From a virus (taxonomy: Duplodnaviria > Caudoviricetes): a stretch of DNA of 64,000 bases. The stretch lies in IMG/VR virus record IMGVR_UViG_3300025316_001101; one strand, 5' to 3'. Under the pieces are notes generated by a model. The model had not been told where the DNA came from and ran no database searches. It was given only the letters and a program-made list of their open reading frames with translations. Both the position numbers and the translations under genes were made by a program. This document shows positions 63,446-64,000 of the stretch, piece after piece (the first letter of the stretch is position 1; each line of letters opens with the position of its first letter).

Positions 63446-63982
63446 TTATTCTGCTTCTGTTGGTTTGCCATCTGCCATTTCGTCTTTAACTAGCTGCTCG
63501 AATCTGCTTTGCAATAGTTGTTCTCCATGCAGTTTCAATTGACGCACTCGCTCTTTTGTAACCTTTATTTTGCTACCAATGGCTTCGAGCGTCATTTCTT
63601 TAACATAATAGTCAAACACTATTTGCTTGCAACGAGCATCCTTTTCAGTATCCTCAGGATGTGATTCAAAGAATCTCTCAATCAACCATGTGGGCATTGC
63701 ATGATCATTACCACGATAATCAGGAATGTCTACCGTATCCCGACGATTCATTCGTTCCAATGATTCAGTCGGCAACCGTTCAGAACGCTTGCGACTACGA
63801 CCAGAATGAATAATGGAATTTTTCATACACATAAATGCCCAAGTGCTGAATTCTCCCCACTTAGGGTTATATGTCCTAATGGCCTGTGCAAGACCAAGAA
63901 GGGCATCAGAAAACTCCTCTGTGTCCATAAGCTCTTGCCCACGCCGACGACGAGCAAATTTCTTCGTCACTTCGATTGCCAA
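63446..63982 (-). CDS. sigma-70-family sigma factor (N-terminus may extend past the window edge)
   Basis: DALLGLAQAIRTYNPKWGEFSTWAFMCMKN (region 2); MTLEAIGSKIKVTKERVRQLK (region 4 HTH). Confidence 0.85.
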   Translation of the reverse strand: MAIEVTKKFARRRRGQELMDTEEFSDALLGLAQAIRTYNPKWGEFSTWAFMCMKNSIIHSGRSRKRSERLPTESLERMNRRDTVDIPDYRGNDHAMPTWLIERFFESHPEDTEKDARCKQIVFDYYVKEMTLEAIGSKIKVTKERVRQLKLHGEQLLQSRFEQLVKDEMADGKPTEAE

Positions 63983-64000
63983 GCCGAAATGATCCTCAGC

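Noticed and set aside
1-64000. Genome-wide TAG reassignment (code 15)
   Set aside because: Long ORFs are intact in code 11 and TAG terminates genes at coupled junctions; only the suppressor tRNA hints at read-through.

Overview
A 64-kb segment of a large lytic dsDNA (jumbo/T4-like) phage, with most genes on the minus strand. The host is probably a Planctomycete: the phage carries Planctomycete-style secreted Tyr/Pro/Gln-repeat proteins and an ECF sigma factor. Protein content: many small hypothetical genes, two sigma factors, an ATP-dependent RNA ligase, PTH2-like, macrodomain and 2H-phosphoesterase proteins, an N4/N6 DNA methyltransferase, several free-standing endonucleases (2x EndoVII, GIY-YIG, HNH-like, a zinc-ribbon-repeat nuclease), two non-autonomous TnpB (IS200/IS605-type) elements, a tail-fibre/virion block (36-47.7 kb), glyco/methyl-modification enzymes and a MoxR-AAA/vWA module. 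The most remarkable content is RNA. About 27 tRNA or tRNA-like genes lie at 6.5-6.9, 11.2-11.8, 32.4-33.6 and 52-55.7 kb, many with non-canonical architecture: (1) a circularly permuted tRNA-Asn(GUU) split exactly at 34/35 and wedged between tRNA-Lys and tRNA-Arg; (2) a tRNA-fMet with a 21-nt insert, also at 34/35; (3) a tandem array of anticodon-less tRNA mimics with compensatory base changes; (4) tRNAs carrying 54-85 nt inserts in the anticodon loop, D-loop or D/anticodon junction; (5) Asn, Trp and Lys tRNAs with long variable arms; (6) an amber (CUA) suppressor. An unassigned ~255-nt structured RNA sits between two tRNAs. Together with the phage RNA ligase, these suggest an undescribed tRNA re-engineering/splicing system, possibly countering anticodon nucleases (inference). 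All protein family calls are from motif recognition by eye; no database search was run.
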